From Scyliorhinus canicula (lineage: Eukaryota), in NCBI RefSeq assembly GCF_902713615.1, contig NC_052165.1, positions 70,571,480 through 70,635,479 of the forward strand: a stretch of 64,000 nt of DNA. Reading direction: 5' to 3'. Of this stretch, positions 11,608 through 24,575 are shown piece after piece. The position numbers and the translations under genes are program-made. Positions within the stretch are counted from its first letter, which is position 1, and every line of letters starts with the position of its first letter. The notes under the pieces were generated by a model. The model was not told the DNA's origin. It did not search any database and was given only the letters and a program-made list of their open reading frames with translations.

Positions 11608-11965
11608 CGTGTTGAGCATCCTTAATCCGAGATTCCGAAATTCAAAAAGCTCCGAAATCAGCGCTTTTTTTTGAGCGCTGACGTAACGCCACGAGTGGGA
11701 AATCCAACACGGCTCTGGGAAGGCTCCCAGGCGATGCGCAGGTCCCAAGGCAAAACAGACAGTCACAAGCCCTATGTGGGGCTGTTTTGCTGCCAAAACC
11801 TTATCAAAGCCCGATGCCAGTGCATTAAACTGTATTATCCACTGTGATTATCACATTGAAAATATTTTTTGGTATGTACAAAAGATATTTCACTACTTCG
11901 AACGTTATATTCCGAAATCCAATACACTCTGCTCCAAGCATTTCGGATAAGGGATGCCCAATCTG
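11608..11965. mobile_element. Tc1/mariner pogo-Tigger-type MITE (Tigger4/MER46-like)
   Basis: Imperfect TIRs cgtgttgagcatccttaatccgaga / tttcggataagggatgcccaatctg; repeated tccgaaat subterminal motif; flanks tg/ca are compatible with a decayed TA TSD. Confidence 0.8.
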
Positions 11966-12952
11966 CACTGTGCAAAGAACAGAAGAATATTACATAAATT
12001 AAATAAGAAAATGCTGGAACTGCACAGGTCTGTTATCAGCTGTGGAGAGAGAAACACAGTTAATGTTTTAAGTCCAGGACCTTTCTTGAGAACAGAACAA
12101 TGTTAATTTGTCTGCAGTCAGCTACATGTGAATTTGTGTTCGTCAAGATCAGAAAAGATGAATCACAAAATCTTTCTTGTATATCTAGCTCAGTAGGCGT
12201 GGGGTTAATTTGCCTGCTCTTTTGATCAAAAGTGACATGGAGCAAGATGAGATCTTGGGGTGTTTGAACTCAAATGGGGACAGCTTCGGATATTCCCCTT
12301 CTCCCCAGAGTAATGTGGAAAAGACCCTTCTTACTAGTAGGTCATGTTGTGCTGATTAACTCATGTAAGAAGTAGCTGCATGATACCTGATCACAAATGG
12401 GACTGAAGGTCAAGGGAATAAGTGTAAATAGGCAGGATCAAATCTTCTAGGGAAAACTGTCCCAGTCCTCTTGGGAATATCCTTTGGAATTCTGTCACAG
12501 TTGTGAGAGAGATTTTGGTAAAGCATAATGGAGAGAGGAGTGTGGAGAGATATTTGTAGTTTGCCCAATTGTACTTTGAAAACACCAGTCAATTTATGGA
12601 TTCTTATTCGAAGCTGACAATCAAAAGTCTCATTCAGTAGAATATTGCACAGTACTGAAACATAATGACATGTTTACTTTTCTGTAAATATATTGGTATC
12701 AATATGCTAAACACAGTGGTGATGAGTCTGCGTCAGTAATGGAAATCCCATTTAGCTTGCTATCCGAACATATTTGCTTGGTTCTTGTTCAGTATTTAAG
12801 GGAAAATATCCTATTTTTACAGTGAGCGTGATGTGGAGTGGGGCCATCAAACTGACTGCATCTGTTAAAAAGATGAGGCTTAAGGGGCGGATGACCATTG
12901 CTCGCTTAATTTTCTCTCTTTCACCATAATATTTTTGGTTGAACAGAAGCAA

Positions 12953-13200
12953 TAGAATCATAGAATTTATAGTGCAGAAGGAGGCCATTCGACCCATTGA
13001 GTCTGCACCGGCCCTTGGAAAGAGCGCTCCACTTAAGCCCACACTCCACCCCATCCCCATAATCCAGTAACCCCACCTAACCTTTTTTGGACACTAAGGG
13101 CAATTTACCATGGCCAATCCACCTAACCTGGACATTTTTGTACTTGTGGGAGAAACCCGGAGGAAACCCACACAGACACTGGGAGAACGTGCAGACATCA
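12953..13200 (-). mobile_element. HE1-like SINE with CR1-type tail (type B)
   Basis: atagaatcatagaatttatagtgcagaaggaggccattcg is the reverse complement of the CR1-shared 3' end. Confidence 0.88.
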
Positions 13201-14053
13201 AACAAATAGACCAAAAATAAAGATACAAAGTCAAAACGTTAGGTACACATACAACTGTAATAAACAAATTAAACCTCCTATAAACTAACCCCGTAACATT
13301 CCCAGCTCCTTAAAAAATTAGATGAATGGCTGCCATCTCAGGTAGAATCCACCACCCCCCCTAATGACATATTTAATTAATTCCCAGTGTAGAAATTACA
13401 TCAAATCACCCAACCAGGCAGATTGCTCTAGGCAGTATGGGAGACCTCCAACTGAGCAATTTTTGCCTCCTGCCCACTAAAGAAGCAAAGGCGAGAATGT
13501 ACGCCCCCCAAACCCAGCCCTGAGTGAAATGCTGGTGAGTCAGTTGTTCACATTCTGGGGCCACCTGTGGAATCTCAGATAGCGTATCAAAAAAGGAAAG
13601 CCAGTAGCTAACAAGTTTGGGAGAAGACCAAAATTGGCATGTGTGGTTAGCTAGTGCAAGCGAGCAGTGATCACACTTGTCCTCCGCATCTTGAAAGAAC
13701 CCACTCATCCCCTCACCTTGGTCCAATGTGTTCTATGTAATATTTTAAACTGAATCAAACTCAGTCTGGCACCAGATGAAGTAGCATTTACCCTGTAGAA
13801 GGCTTCCCTCCAAGCCTCATCAGTAAACACAGGGCCCAGCTCTCTCTCCCATTTTCCCTTTACTTCCTCCAAAGAGGCAGGATCGAAGAAAGAATAAGGC
13901 CCTATAAATGTGAAATAGATCTCTTGTCCAGGCGTGCTAAGGACAGGACCCTTCCCAGAAAGGTGAAGGGTGGGGTCAGGGAAAAAGAAGCAAATAATTT
14001 GCGTGACGGATCTCGAATTTGAAAATAACGAAAAAGGTCAGAACTGGACAACT

Positions 14054-14280
14054 GGGGGCGGCACGGTGGTCAGTGGTTAGCACTGCTGCCAACAGTGCTG
14101 AGGACCCGGGTTCAAATCCCAGCCCTGGGTCACTGTCTGTGGAGTTTGCATATTCTCCCCGTGCCTGCGTGGGTTTCGCCCCCACAACCCAAAGATGTGC
14201 AGGTTGGGTGGATTGGCCACGCTAAATTGCCACTTAATTGAAAGAAAAATAATTGGGTACTCTAAAAAAAATTTTTAAAA
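14054..14280 (+). mobile_element. Type A SINE nested in L1
   Basis: Full head and tail; flanking direct repeat agaactggaca. Confidence 0.9.
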
Positions 14281-14874
14281 GAAGACAAAAAGAACTGGAC
14301 ACTGAAATTTGTCAGTGAGCTTCTCAAAGCTGGCAAGTCTACCATCTAAAAACAAATCCCCAGAATGTACAAGTCCCTTTGTGCCCCAAGACCTGAACGA
14401 CGGGTCCATGCCTGAAGGCAGAAAGAGGTGATTACCGCACATCAGGCCAAAGAAGCCAAGGAGAGAAGGTTGAAATGCTGTCAAACCTGTTTCCAAATCC
14501 TGAGGAAGGAAATCACCACTGGACTCGATGAAAAACCTGCAGGGGAGCAGGGCAGTGGTGCAGTCATTGTGGCGCGAATAGAGGAGGCGGTAGTGCATGA
14601 CCGAGCCTCCATGTTGCCCCAAATTGATTCGGGGTCGCTGAGCCATTGCAGGATGTTTGGAATGTTGGCAGCCCAATAATAAAACACTCACTTTCACTCA
14701 CATTTATTCTATAACCTGAGAAGGTACCAAACACAGTGAGTATCTTCATTAAGTCGACCACGGAAGGAGCTGGGTTTGAAATGTACAGTGGTAGATCATC
14801 TACATAAAGCGATACCCGATGCTCCATTCCGTCTCTGCAAATACCCCTCCACCTATCGGATACTTTCAATGCGA

Positions 14875-15100
14875 CCATAGAATCTCTACAGTTCAGAAGG
14901 AGGCCTTTCGGCCCATTGGGTCTGTACTGACCATGTAAAGAGTACCCTCCTGGGTCCAAGCCCCGACTATATCCCTGTAACCCAGTAACCCCACCTAATG
15001 TTTTGGACACTAAGGCAATTTATCATGGCCAATCCACAATCCAATTTTTGGACTGTGGGAGGAACCCAGAGCACCCAGAAGAAACCCACATGGGGAGACA
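14875..15100 (-). mobile_element. Type B (CR1-tailed) SINE
   Basis: catagaatctctacagttcagaaggaggcc...aacccagtaacccc. Confidence 0.8.
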
Positions 15101-15429
15101 GACAGTCAGCTGAGGCCGTAGATATTGACTTTCTTTTGTTGAACTTAATAAAGTCTGCTATAGCAGTGGACAACGTTCACAAAATTCGTCATCAGACATC
15201 AACGTGATGTCTAGTCTCAAAGGTGAGCATTGAGAAGGGTCAAAATCAAAACGAAAATTAAAAAAATGAGAGGCATGGCAAAGATGACAATCGCCAAATA
15301 TTCGACTTCCACCACTGAAGGGAGGAAAGACTTACCAACAATAAGAAAACAAAAATTAATTGGGGAATAAGCACGGTGGACATGTAAAAAAAAAAAAATT
15401 CTTTATTAAAAATGTTTTATTATTTGAAT

Positions 15430-15800
15430 GCAGAAAACGCTACGGATCTACCCCACCAATCTGTTCTATAAATGTCAGTGACCTGTACTTCCCAGATGGG
15501 GTCAGAGATTTTGACATGGAATGGTTCAGTTCGGGTCCAAGACACAGTTCAGGTTACCTCTTAGAATCATCCGATGTGAATCCAAATCAAGGAGTGTGTT
15601 CACCAGTGAGTTTATAAACATCGGGTCATCCCAGTTGGGATCATAGAATTTCTAAAGTGTTTAGCAGTGAAGCACAGACAATAATAATATAGCGAACATC
15701 AGGGTCGTCCATAACCTGAGAGGAGGAAAATTGTAGTCTCTTGTGAATTAGAATTGCCATGCCCCTAGCTCCTACCGTTAAAACCTGAGTGAAAGACCTA
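15430..15800 (-). mobile_element. L1 endonuclease fragment
   Basis: Minus strand reads LDLDSHRMILRGNLNCVLDP, homologous to PDLDTHQLIMWGDFNKVLDP at ~16290. Confidence 0.75.
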
Positions 15801-16084
15801 TCCACCCAATTTTTGCAAAGTCATGTCTGCTCATTTACATGCAGATGGGTTTCCTGTAAAAATACAACATCAGAGTTAAGATTTCTCAGATGGGCAAAAG
15901 TCTTAGCCCGATTTACTGAGCTATTTAGACCCGTAACCTTTCAGGTTGCAAAGCGCATTGGAGGTTCCCCGCCAGATCACAACCATGCCAAGTCAAATGA
16001 CCAGACAAACGAAGATTTGTAGACACCGTCAACTAATCAACGTTAACGCCTCTCAGCTACCCCAACAACGACCTTTAATAATAT

Positions 16085-18570
16085 TAACAAACCAGGGTTG
16101 AATGTGAAGATGAGGGGGGTAGCAGTGCTAGTTAGTAAGAGGGTGGCTTTTTCAGCTGGTAATATGGTGGGATCCTCGGAGCAGGTATGTGATGGTGAGC
16201 CGGAGGTTGGAGGGTGCGCCATGTTGCTGGTGAATATCTATGCATCCAATAGATGATGCAAAATGTTTGCAGAACGGGTTTCTGAAGGCTCCGGACCTAG
16301 ACACACACCAATTGATTATGTGGGGGGATTTCAATAAAGTTTTGGATCCGAAGGTAGACCGGTTGTGCCGAGGGCAAAGGCTTCTCGTTCTTTTCGCATG
16401 TTCACCGACTGTATTCCCAGATCAATATTTTTTTGTTCTGGACAAGACATTACTGGCGGGGGTGGTTGGGACGGAATATTTGGTGATCGTGGTGTCTGAC
16501 CATGCGACATGTCTGGTGGACACGCATGTAGAAAGAGGGGGGTCCCAGCGGCTGCAGGGGAGGCTAGATGTGGGGCTGTTGGCCAATAAAGTGATCTGCA
16601 AAAAGATAGGGATGGTGTTACAAAACTATGTGGAGTTTAATAGGATGGACGAGGTTTCCACCTCCGTATTGTGCCAGACATCAGAGGGGGGTTTATCTCG
16701 ATCTGGGTGCATAGGGAGAAGGGCAAAAATTAGTGGAGGCCATTCTGGAGGTGGATCGGAAATACGGGGGGCCCCTAAGGAGGTGCTGCTAAAGGAGAGG
16801 AAGAAGCTCCAGATGGAGTTTGAGTTTAGAGATGGCAGTCGGGCAGCTGCGTCAGGTCAGGGGAGCGATGTATGAACATGGGGAAAAAAGCAGGATGCTC
16901 GTGCGTCAGTTAAGACGGCAGGTAGCAGTGAGAGAAAGATTTGGAGAGTAAGGTGGTCACTGAGGCGGGGGAGGTAAACGGGGTATTTGAGGTCTTTTAC
17001 CGTAGATGATACAGCTCGGAGACTCCAGTGGGGGGTGAGGCATGAGGCATTTTTTGGATGGACTGGATGTCCCGGTGATCAAGAAGGGAAAGGTGCAGGG
17101 ATTGGGGGCCCCAATCGGGCTTGGGAAGTAATTGGGTGCATAAGTTCGATGCAGTCCAGGAAGGCCCCAGGTTCGGACGGGTTCCCGGCAGAGTTGTATA
17201 AAATGTCTGGCATGGAATTAGGGCCCTTACTAGTGGAGAAGGATAAGGACCCAGAGAAATGTGGATCGTGCAAACCGATATCGCTGCTAAATATGGACAT
17301 GAAACAGTTGGCGAAGGTGCTGGCAATGTGTATAGAAGTGTGTTATTGGCATCTCTTCCGTACTCGCAGGTCAGGTGCTCGATGAGCCCGGTAGTGGTAT
17401 GAATGTTAAGGGTTTGCACTCAATGCCAGCAGCACTTTAAGATGGAAAATATGGCAATGTGGGCGATACCGAGGAGGAATAGGTTTCAGTATCTGCAAGT
17501 CAGACACTTTGTCAGGAAGGAGTTGGCTGCGTTTCTGAAATGACCACCCTGCAGCTGCAAGATAAGATTATGTCCGAGGATGAGATAGGTGAGGGTAGGA
17601 TCATATACGAGGAGTTGATGGAGAGGCTTTTGGTGGAGGAAATAAAACTGAGATTGAGGGGCGGGGGTCTCAGAAGCCAGACTATGGAGTGAGACCCTGC
17701 GAAGGGTAAACTCATCCTCCTCATGTGCAAGACTGAGTGTCATCCAGTTCAAAGTGGTGCATAGGGTGCACATGAAAGTGTCAAGATTTTCTCCAGGAGT
17801 AGAGAATAGATGCAGGTGATGCGCAAGGGGACCGGCAAATCATGTTTTGGGCATACCCAATGTTGAAGGAGTTCTGGGAGGCCTTTGCAGGAACTATGTC
17901 AGACTTTCTGGGGGTGAAGAGGCTCCGTGTCCATGGGAGGCAATATTTGGAGTTTTGGAAGGACCGGGCATGCAGGTGAGGAACGAGGCTGACCTGTTCG
18001 CCTTTGCCTTCCTGATAGCTCGGACGTGGATATTGTTTGGGCAGCAGGACCCGGAGCCACCTGAGGCAATGGCATGGGTGAACGACTTGCCGAAGTTTCT
18101 GCACTTGGAAATGTTAAAGTTTGCAATTAGAGGCATACATGAGGGGTTCTTCTCGAGGTGGAGGTGCTGGTTTAGCACACTGGGCTAAATCGCTGGTTTT
18201 TAAAGCAGATCAAGGCAGGCCAGCAGCACGGTTCAATTCCCGTTCCAGCCTCCCCGAACATGCGCCGGAATGTGGCGACTAGGGGCTTTTCACAGTAATT
18301 TCATTGAAGCCTACTCGTGACAATAAGCGATTTTAAATTCATTTTTTCATTTTCACTTAATTAAAGAGTGGTAAAACATCAACTGGAAGGGAATCTTCTG
18401 GGGGGGGGGGTTCTTTTGTTACTTCAGTTAGAAAACGGGGCAGAGGGAATCGGCTGGAATGGAGGGGGGTTGGGTACCTTAAGTGTGGTTTTGTGAAGGA
18501 TGTTTATTGGTGCTGTTTTTTCCTTTTTCTGTAAGTAATTGAAAATGCATTGAATAAAAATATACTTTTT
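16085..18570 (+). mobile_element. Decayed L1-clade LINE ORF2 through 3' UTR
   Basis: GDFNKVLDP and SDH (EN), KAPGSDGFPAELYK and PISLLNMD (Z/RT), C-terminal LHLEMLKF; AATAAA near 18553. Confidence 0.9.
18165..18355 (+). mobile_element. Type D SINE nested in the L1 3' end
   Basis: gctggtttagcacactgggctaaatcgctgg...gacaataagcgatttt. Confidence 0.88.
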
Positions 18571-18873
18571 TAAATTACCAAACAATTCCTTATCCCGAAA
18601 TCCCGCCATAACAAAACCCTACTAAAATTCCATTCTAAGCTCCTATTCACAAACTGTTTGTGAGGAACTGCAGTATACTCTCTCTAACCCGTCAGTTAAC
18701 CTCATGATTAGCTGGGAGGCTCTCCATTCAACTACATACATGAAAAATAACACATATATTTTGCAACTCAAAGATGCTACGAAAAAATATATTTTAAACC
18801 CAACAATAACTATAAACCCTAACTTCAGTACAAATGAGCAATATGAAACCACCCAAACAGCAGTATACATAAG

Positions 18874-19681
18874 GGGTACGATCAAACAGCCACGCTGCAC
18901 CCGGAAAGTAGCGTGCCACGGTACACCGTGGCCGATAGAAGGCAGGGGTCCCCAGTCCCGGGATCTACCCAGGGTGCAACACCTCGCGAGATCTAATGCG
19001 ACCTCACGAGACGTTGTGACGTAAATTGTGGGCGGGATCACTTTTTGGGATATCTGCATATTAAAGCGAGACAGTTGGTCTCCCTTTAATATGCGTTTTC
19101 CCAAGGCACCCAAGGCGTTGGGATCTATCCCCTTTGCTTCAGTGTCTTCAGGCAAGGGCAGTTCAATACTGGGAACCAGACAGAATGGCACTCGTGGGGG
19201 TCTCCCAGGATATTTGAGGCCTCCAGGTGCATGTCCTTTGAGCAAGGTGCCACCAGGGCAGCCTGCAGTGCCACTTTTGTGCCAGCCTGGCATGACCAAG
19301 GTGCCCAGGTGGCACTGCCAGCTGGGAGTGGCACTGCCAAGGTGCCATGCTGCCATTTTTGTGTGGTGGAGAATTGGGTCGGAGGTGCCCAGCACAGGTG
19401 TTGGGGAGCTGGGTACTCTCCCATAGTGCATTACGGCTTGGAGGGGAAATCGGGGGTCACTTTGGGGGCTCCAGAGATCAGGACACCATTTTTAAATGGC
19501 GTCCCGATCTCTGCTACACTGAAGACATCCGGCGAGCGGAGTTCCTCAGCGCACAAACCGGGGCTATGTGCAGCCTTGGCTGTGCTTTTCTTGCTTAGGC
19601 CCTATGGGTGCCATTTTATAGCGTTGTGTTTTTCAGTGCTGTGAGCTATGGACTTTGTTCCCATTTAGTTAAATCCCGCCC
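18874..19681. mobile_element. GC-rich non-autonomous inverted-repeat element (Harbinger-like MITE, family 2)
   Basis: Ends gggtacgatc / aatcccgccc; internal tggcactgcc/gtgcca repeats; homologous to 59821-60592. Confidence 0.7.
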
Positions 19682-19869
19682 AACATTTCCAAAAGGAAGA
19701 AGAATCAAACAGAGTTAAGTCTTTGGGTAAAGGACAGGCGACATGGTAGTGCAGTGGTTAGCACTGCTGCCACACGGCGCCAAGGACCCGTGTTCGCTCC
19801 GACCCCAGGTCATTGTCCGTGTGGAGTTTGCACATTGCACATTCTCCCCGTGTCTGCGTGGTTCTCACA

Positions 19870-20370
19870 ATCCGGGTCCTCACTGCTGGTCAGGCTAGTT
19901 TCTAACCATTTGATGCAATCACTATGCTCGGAGAGGGCTGTTTCCATGCTTTTCACTGTGGCACCACGTGCTTCCATGATTTTATTCCTATTCTCTAATT
20001 TTGCAGACATATGAGCTAGGGCCTCATCGACCGATTTCTTTTATTCCACCAGTAAGCTTTGGCGATATTTATCTATGGCGGCCGATATCGTCGGCTGTCG
20101 ACAATGTGGTCGGCAGGAAAGAAGGAGCACCTGCCCGTGCCATCTTGTTATTGGCCAAGCCCTGTGATGCCTTGGAATCCGATGTGTAATTGCGGCTTCC
20201 ATCTTTTTTGTTTTTTAACTTGCCCTTTTTGTTGAATTAGTGTGTTCACCCATCAAGTTATTGGGCTTGGAAGTTCCCGTGAGTGTTCTTTGCACCTGAA
20301 AATCTATATTTAGAACGTAGAGCCTCCTCGTGCATCTTCTCTTCTGCATACATCACCGGAAGTCCCCATA
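19870..20370 (-). mobile_element. L1 5' UTR / ORF1 fragment
   Basis: Coiled-coil-like peptide SMETALSEHSDCIKWLE; 5' end catcaccggaagtcc matches 40442-40456. Confidence 0.7.
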
Positions 20371-20749
20371 GTGCGTACCATCTCGGATATTACAATACAT
20401 TTTTAAAATGGTGTTTCAAGCTGAGTGTTCAAAACATCTTATCCCGACCCAACAGAGTTATAACATCATTGCGGTGTATGGAGAGCAAATTAATTTGTAA
20501 ATGTGTGTAAAGAATGTGAAATTGTTGTTGACCAACCTGTTGCTTCAGTTTTCATTTGGATTTTTTTTGTGCCTTTTTCCATCCAATACGCAATAAAATA
20601 TGAAAGAAAGGAAAGACCTTGCCTTATATAGCACCTTCCGCTGTTGTTATGCAGGGGAAAGTAGCTGCCAATGTCTGTACAACAAGGTCAAACAAATAGC
20701 AATACAACTAATGACTAGATAATTGCTTTTAAGTGTTGGTTGAGGAATG

Positions 20750-20975
20750 AGGCATAGTGGTGCAATGGTTAGCACTGCTATCTCACGGCACCGAGTCCCA
20801 GTTTCGATCCCGGCTCTGGGTCACTGTCCGTGTGGATTTTGCACATTCTCTCCGTGTCTGTGTGGGTCTCACCCCCACAACCCAAAAATGTGCAGGGGAG
20901 GTGGATTGTCCACACTAAAATTGCCTCTTAAATGGGAAAAAAAAAGAATTGGGTGCTTAAAATTTTTTTTTTAAA
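20750..20975 (+). mobile_element. Type A SINE (inserted in an old DeuSINE, ~20605-21540, minus strand)
   Basis: Flanking direct repeat taagtgttggttg. Confidence 0.88.
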
Positions 20976-21245
20976 TAAGTGTTGGTTGCAGAATAAATAT
21001 TGTCAAGATACTGAGCAAACTCCTCTATTGTTTATGAATAATGCCATGGAATGTTTTTCATTCACCTGAGACGGTAGTAAATACCCTTATTTTAATGTCT
21101 CATCTGAAACACCAGACCAGCTTTCACTCATCCTCCTTTGAATAACTCAATGTGGAACACTCTCATTACTAGTCGTTAAGTCATAAGCAGTAGTTGGGTG
21201 ATATCTGATTACCTTGTGCAGTTCTCCCTTAATACTGCATTGAAG

Positions 21246-21488
21246 AGCAGCACGGTGGCGCAGTGGGTTAGCCCTGCTGCTTCACGGCGCCGAGGTCCCA
21301 GGTTCGATCCCGGCTCTGGGTCACTGTCCGTGTGAAGTTTGCACATTCTCCCCGTGTTTGCGTGGGTTTCACCCCCACAACCCAAAGATATGCAGGAAGG
21401 TGGATTGGCCACGCTAAATTGCCCCTTAATTGGAAAAAATGAATTGGGTATTCTAAATTTATAAAAAATGTAAATTAAAATTTAAAAA
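21246..21488 (+). mobile_element. Type A SINE, 15-bp TSD
   Basis: aatactgcattgaag on both sides. Confidence 0.92.
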
Positions 21489-22450
21489 AATACTGCATTG
21501 AAGTCTCAGCCTGGATTATGTGCTCAAGTCTGGAGTAGGATGGATGCTCCATCACATGATTTCCCTGTAGTATGCAATTGTTCAGTGTTTGATTGCATGT
21601 GTCTGTTAATTGTTCTTTGCGCTATGAGTCAAACTTGGGTGTGTTCCTGAGAAAGAGAAACTAAACTGAAGCTGGAAGCATGTCTGCAAGTGGAGCACTG
21701 TGAATAGAGCTCCACATAGAAACTGATGCCATCCCTTTATGTTTTTGAGGGATAAAATACAACTGGTGACAAAAGATGAAGAAAAGTTTCAATTTACCGG
21801 CATCTTTTTTTGTAGTTCATCGGAAGATCCACCTTGGGATCAATGAATATCAATGAGTAATTAACAATATGCAGCAGTGTTACAGCACTTAGAATGCTAT
21901 ATTTACATGTAGAAGCGAACAATCAAAATAATTCATGACCAATACATTGAAAAATCTTAAATTCCGCAAGTTAGGGAACTCCAAATGATAAAGGATGATG
22001 ATTGAACCTTAGAAAAAGCCACAACCTTGGCAGCCCAACTGAATCCCCCATGTTGATGTGAAGAGGTTACTCAGAAATGGACCCTCAGACTCAAAGTCGC
22101 AGGCACAGCCTGCCCAACTCTCACGAAGCTCGCTGATGTTAATAATAATAATCTTTATTATTAAAGTAGGCTTACATTTGCACTGCAATGAAGTTACTGT
22201 GAAAATCTGCGAGTGTACCCCAACCTGTCTGTGGGACTGTTTTGTCTTGTTTTGGTGCGAGATTACAAGCGAAACCCCAGTGAGAACAAATAGCCAAGTC
22301 ATTGTGTAACAATTGTTAAATGAAGTAAAGAAAAGACAAATAAACACAAACAAGATTACTCTACTCCTGCAATTAAGATCTATGAATTACTAAACATACA
22401 CAGTTTATATAGAAAGTACCCCTTGTTAGAAAATATATCTATAATACCTG

Positions 22451-22801
22451 GGCCAGGATTCTCCCTTCTGGGGACTAAATCCCCACGCCGGCGGGAAAAC
22501 CGGCGGCAATCATTCCCACAGCCCCGAAAACGAGGAATTCCCCAAACTTTTGGGGGTTAGGTGGATGCCGGAGGGGTTGACGCCACTCCAGCCAGCTACG
22601 AAGAGCCTGCGCGAGTTCGCGCATGCGCGGAACAGCAGGCGTATTTCCGCACATGCGCAAGGATTCTCTTCTCCGGCAACCCCCCCCTCCCCAACCAGGG
22701 CAATAAACGGCGCCAGTGAATAGGGCAGCCGGCCCCGGGGCTGGATTCGTGCCTCCCTCCGGGGATTCTCCGACCCGACGGGAGGTCGGAGAATACCAGC
22801 C
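22451..22801. mobile_element. Harbinger-like MITE, 3-bp TSD CTG
   Basis: TIRs ggccaggattctcc / ggagaataccagcc (11/14 match); CTG at 22448-22450 and 22802-22804. Confidence 0.8.
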
Positions 22802-22949
22802 CTGAACTCTGTCAGACTCTATTCCCCAAACAACATCTAAATTGAAAAACCAGCTATGGTTGCTACACAATACAGCGATAATCCTGAAATCTGGGAACTG
22901 TCTTTTCCTAGTCCAGCGAAGATATTTTAAACCTGCTGGTTTTTAAAAA

Positions 22950-23690
22950 AACTATGTTTATTCAAGTTTTTAAAATGTTAACATATACAAAACATTACAA
23001 CACAAAATAAATTAAACCCAGCACAAAATCCAGCCCCCCCATTCAACCTGCTCTCCCCCCCCCCCCCCCCCCCCTCTCCTACCAGTTGACCGTAACTAGC
23101 TCCCTGCAATGCAGAATAAACAAACCACATCTCTTGTGGAACCCCTTTTCGGGCAAACCTCACCTTTTCTAAATGCAGGAACTCCACTCGATCCACCAGC
23201 CACGCTGAGGCACAGGATGGAGAAGCTGACCTCCACCTCAACACAACCCGACTGCGAGCAATTAGCAAGGTGAAGTCTAAGCATCTTCCCCCACTCCAGC
23301 CTGCAACTCTGGCAGGTCTGACAACCCGAATATGGCCACCAGGGGACCAGGCTCAAAGTCCACGTATAAGACATGGTGCTGAAGAACAGCCTCCATAATG
23401 TCTCCAACTTTGGGCAAGACATATATACATGATTAGTTGGGCCAACCCATACCATTCACAAATAACCTCAACCCCCTCAGACTGCCGGCTCATCCTCGAC
23501 ATCGTCAGGCACACCCTGTGCTGTATCAACCCCAGCCTCGCCCACTAGGTTGAGGCATTCACCCGCCACAGCACCTCGCACCATCCTACCTCGAGAACCA
23601 TCCTCAACTCTTCCCTACACTTGGTCTTGACGCCCTCCAGGGACACCTCTTCTTCCAAAATCCTCCTATAAATTGCCCAGTCGAATTCCC
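22950..23690 (-). mobile_element. L1 3' end fragment
   Basis: Minus-strand peptides NHVYMSCPKL and EFLHLEKVRF; 3' UTR with aataac and A-rich end. Confidence 0.85.
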
Positions 23691-24169
23691 CTCCAATACA
23701 TTTTAAAACTAGTTACGTTGGTTTTATGCACTGCCTTGGTTGTAAAACTTGGAAGCTTGTTTGCTGTAAACTTGGCCTCCAGGCTGAGTAGCTGGAAACT
23801 GGCTTATCTGTTTTCTGAAACCGCTAGATGGTAATTGCCTCTACTGGCTTCTCAAAGTCTGGGCAATTGTACCTTTGTTGTTCTTTGATTATGTCTTCTG
23901 TGTATTTGGCTGTCTGCTCCTATCAACTTCCTTGAGTACAGGAGTGCATGCTGGGCAGTGGTTTAATTATATGTGTCTGTTCTCTGTACAATTAGTTAAG
24001 CTAGAGTGTGGTTACAGAGAAAAAGAAACTAAACTGAAGAAAGAAACTGGAGCCTGAGAGTGCAGACATTCTAAAGCCCTTTGGGTAAAGTTCCCGTTAG
24101 AGATAGAAACTGGTGTCACCTCTGCATGTCTCTAAAACACAACACCCCAACTGCACTTCCCACAATCAA

Positions 24170-24575
24170 CCTTCAATGTTTATCTTTGGCGTGCCACCTT
24201 GGAGAAGCCTTGGTGGGTTTTTGTACTGCATCTTTCGGGTGGCACACACTGTAGTCTTCATCCATCATTAGTGGAGGAAGTGAACATTTAAGGTGGTGAA
24301 TAGGAATCAACAACCTGGCTGCATTTTTGAATGCCTTGAGTGTTGTTGAAGTTGTTGGAGGCAAATGGAAGATATTCCACTGCAATCCTCTTGAGCCTTG
24401 GTGGCTGGGCTTTGAGGAGTCATGAAGTGAGTTATTCACCACATAATTCCCAGCCTTTGACTTGCTCTTGTAACCACAGTTTTTGTGTGGCTGGCACAGT
24501 TAAGTTTCTGATCAGTAGTGACCTCCAAGATGTTGATGGTTTGTGGATTCAGTGATGACAATGCCGTAGAATGTC
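24170..24575 (-). mobile_element. Decayed CR1/L2-group LINE RT C-terminal fragment
   Basis: Recognisable antisense ORF2-end motifs (gagtgttgttgaag, tattccactgc, cagcctttgacttgctcttg). Confidence 0.55.

Larger units (their letters stand above)
13200..15250 (-). mobile_element. L1-clade LINE ORF2 3' half with nested SINEs
   Basis: Minus-strand peptides EHRVSLYVDDL (RT YADD-like), FGTFSGYRINVSESE, YYWAA and DKCDHC...NHT..FW. Confidence 0.85.
22230..24164 (-). mobile_element. Probable old solo LTR interrupted by a MITE and an L1 fragment
   Basis: Inverted ends tgtggga / tcccaca; the 24020-24120 part is similar to 21650-21735; no clear TSD. Confidence 0.45.

Noticed and set aside
15433-15605. 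Exon-like segment (tgcag...gtgagt) in ORF 15360..15617
   Set aside because: The minus strand encodes L1 endonuclease motifs.
21246-21320. tRNA gene calls from A/B boxes
   Set aside because: All such boxes are SINE heads, and the tRNA-Ser match at 10320 is a partial antisense PBS.
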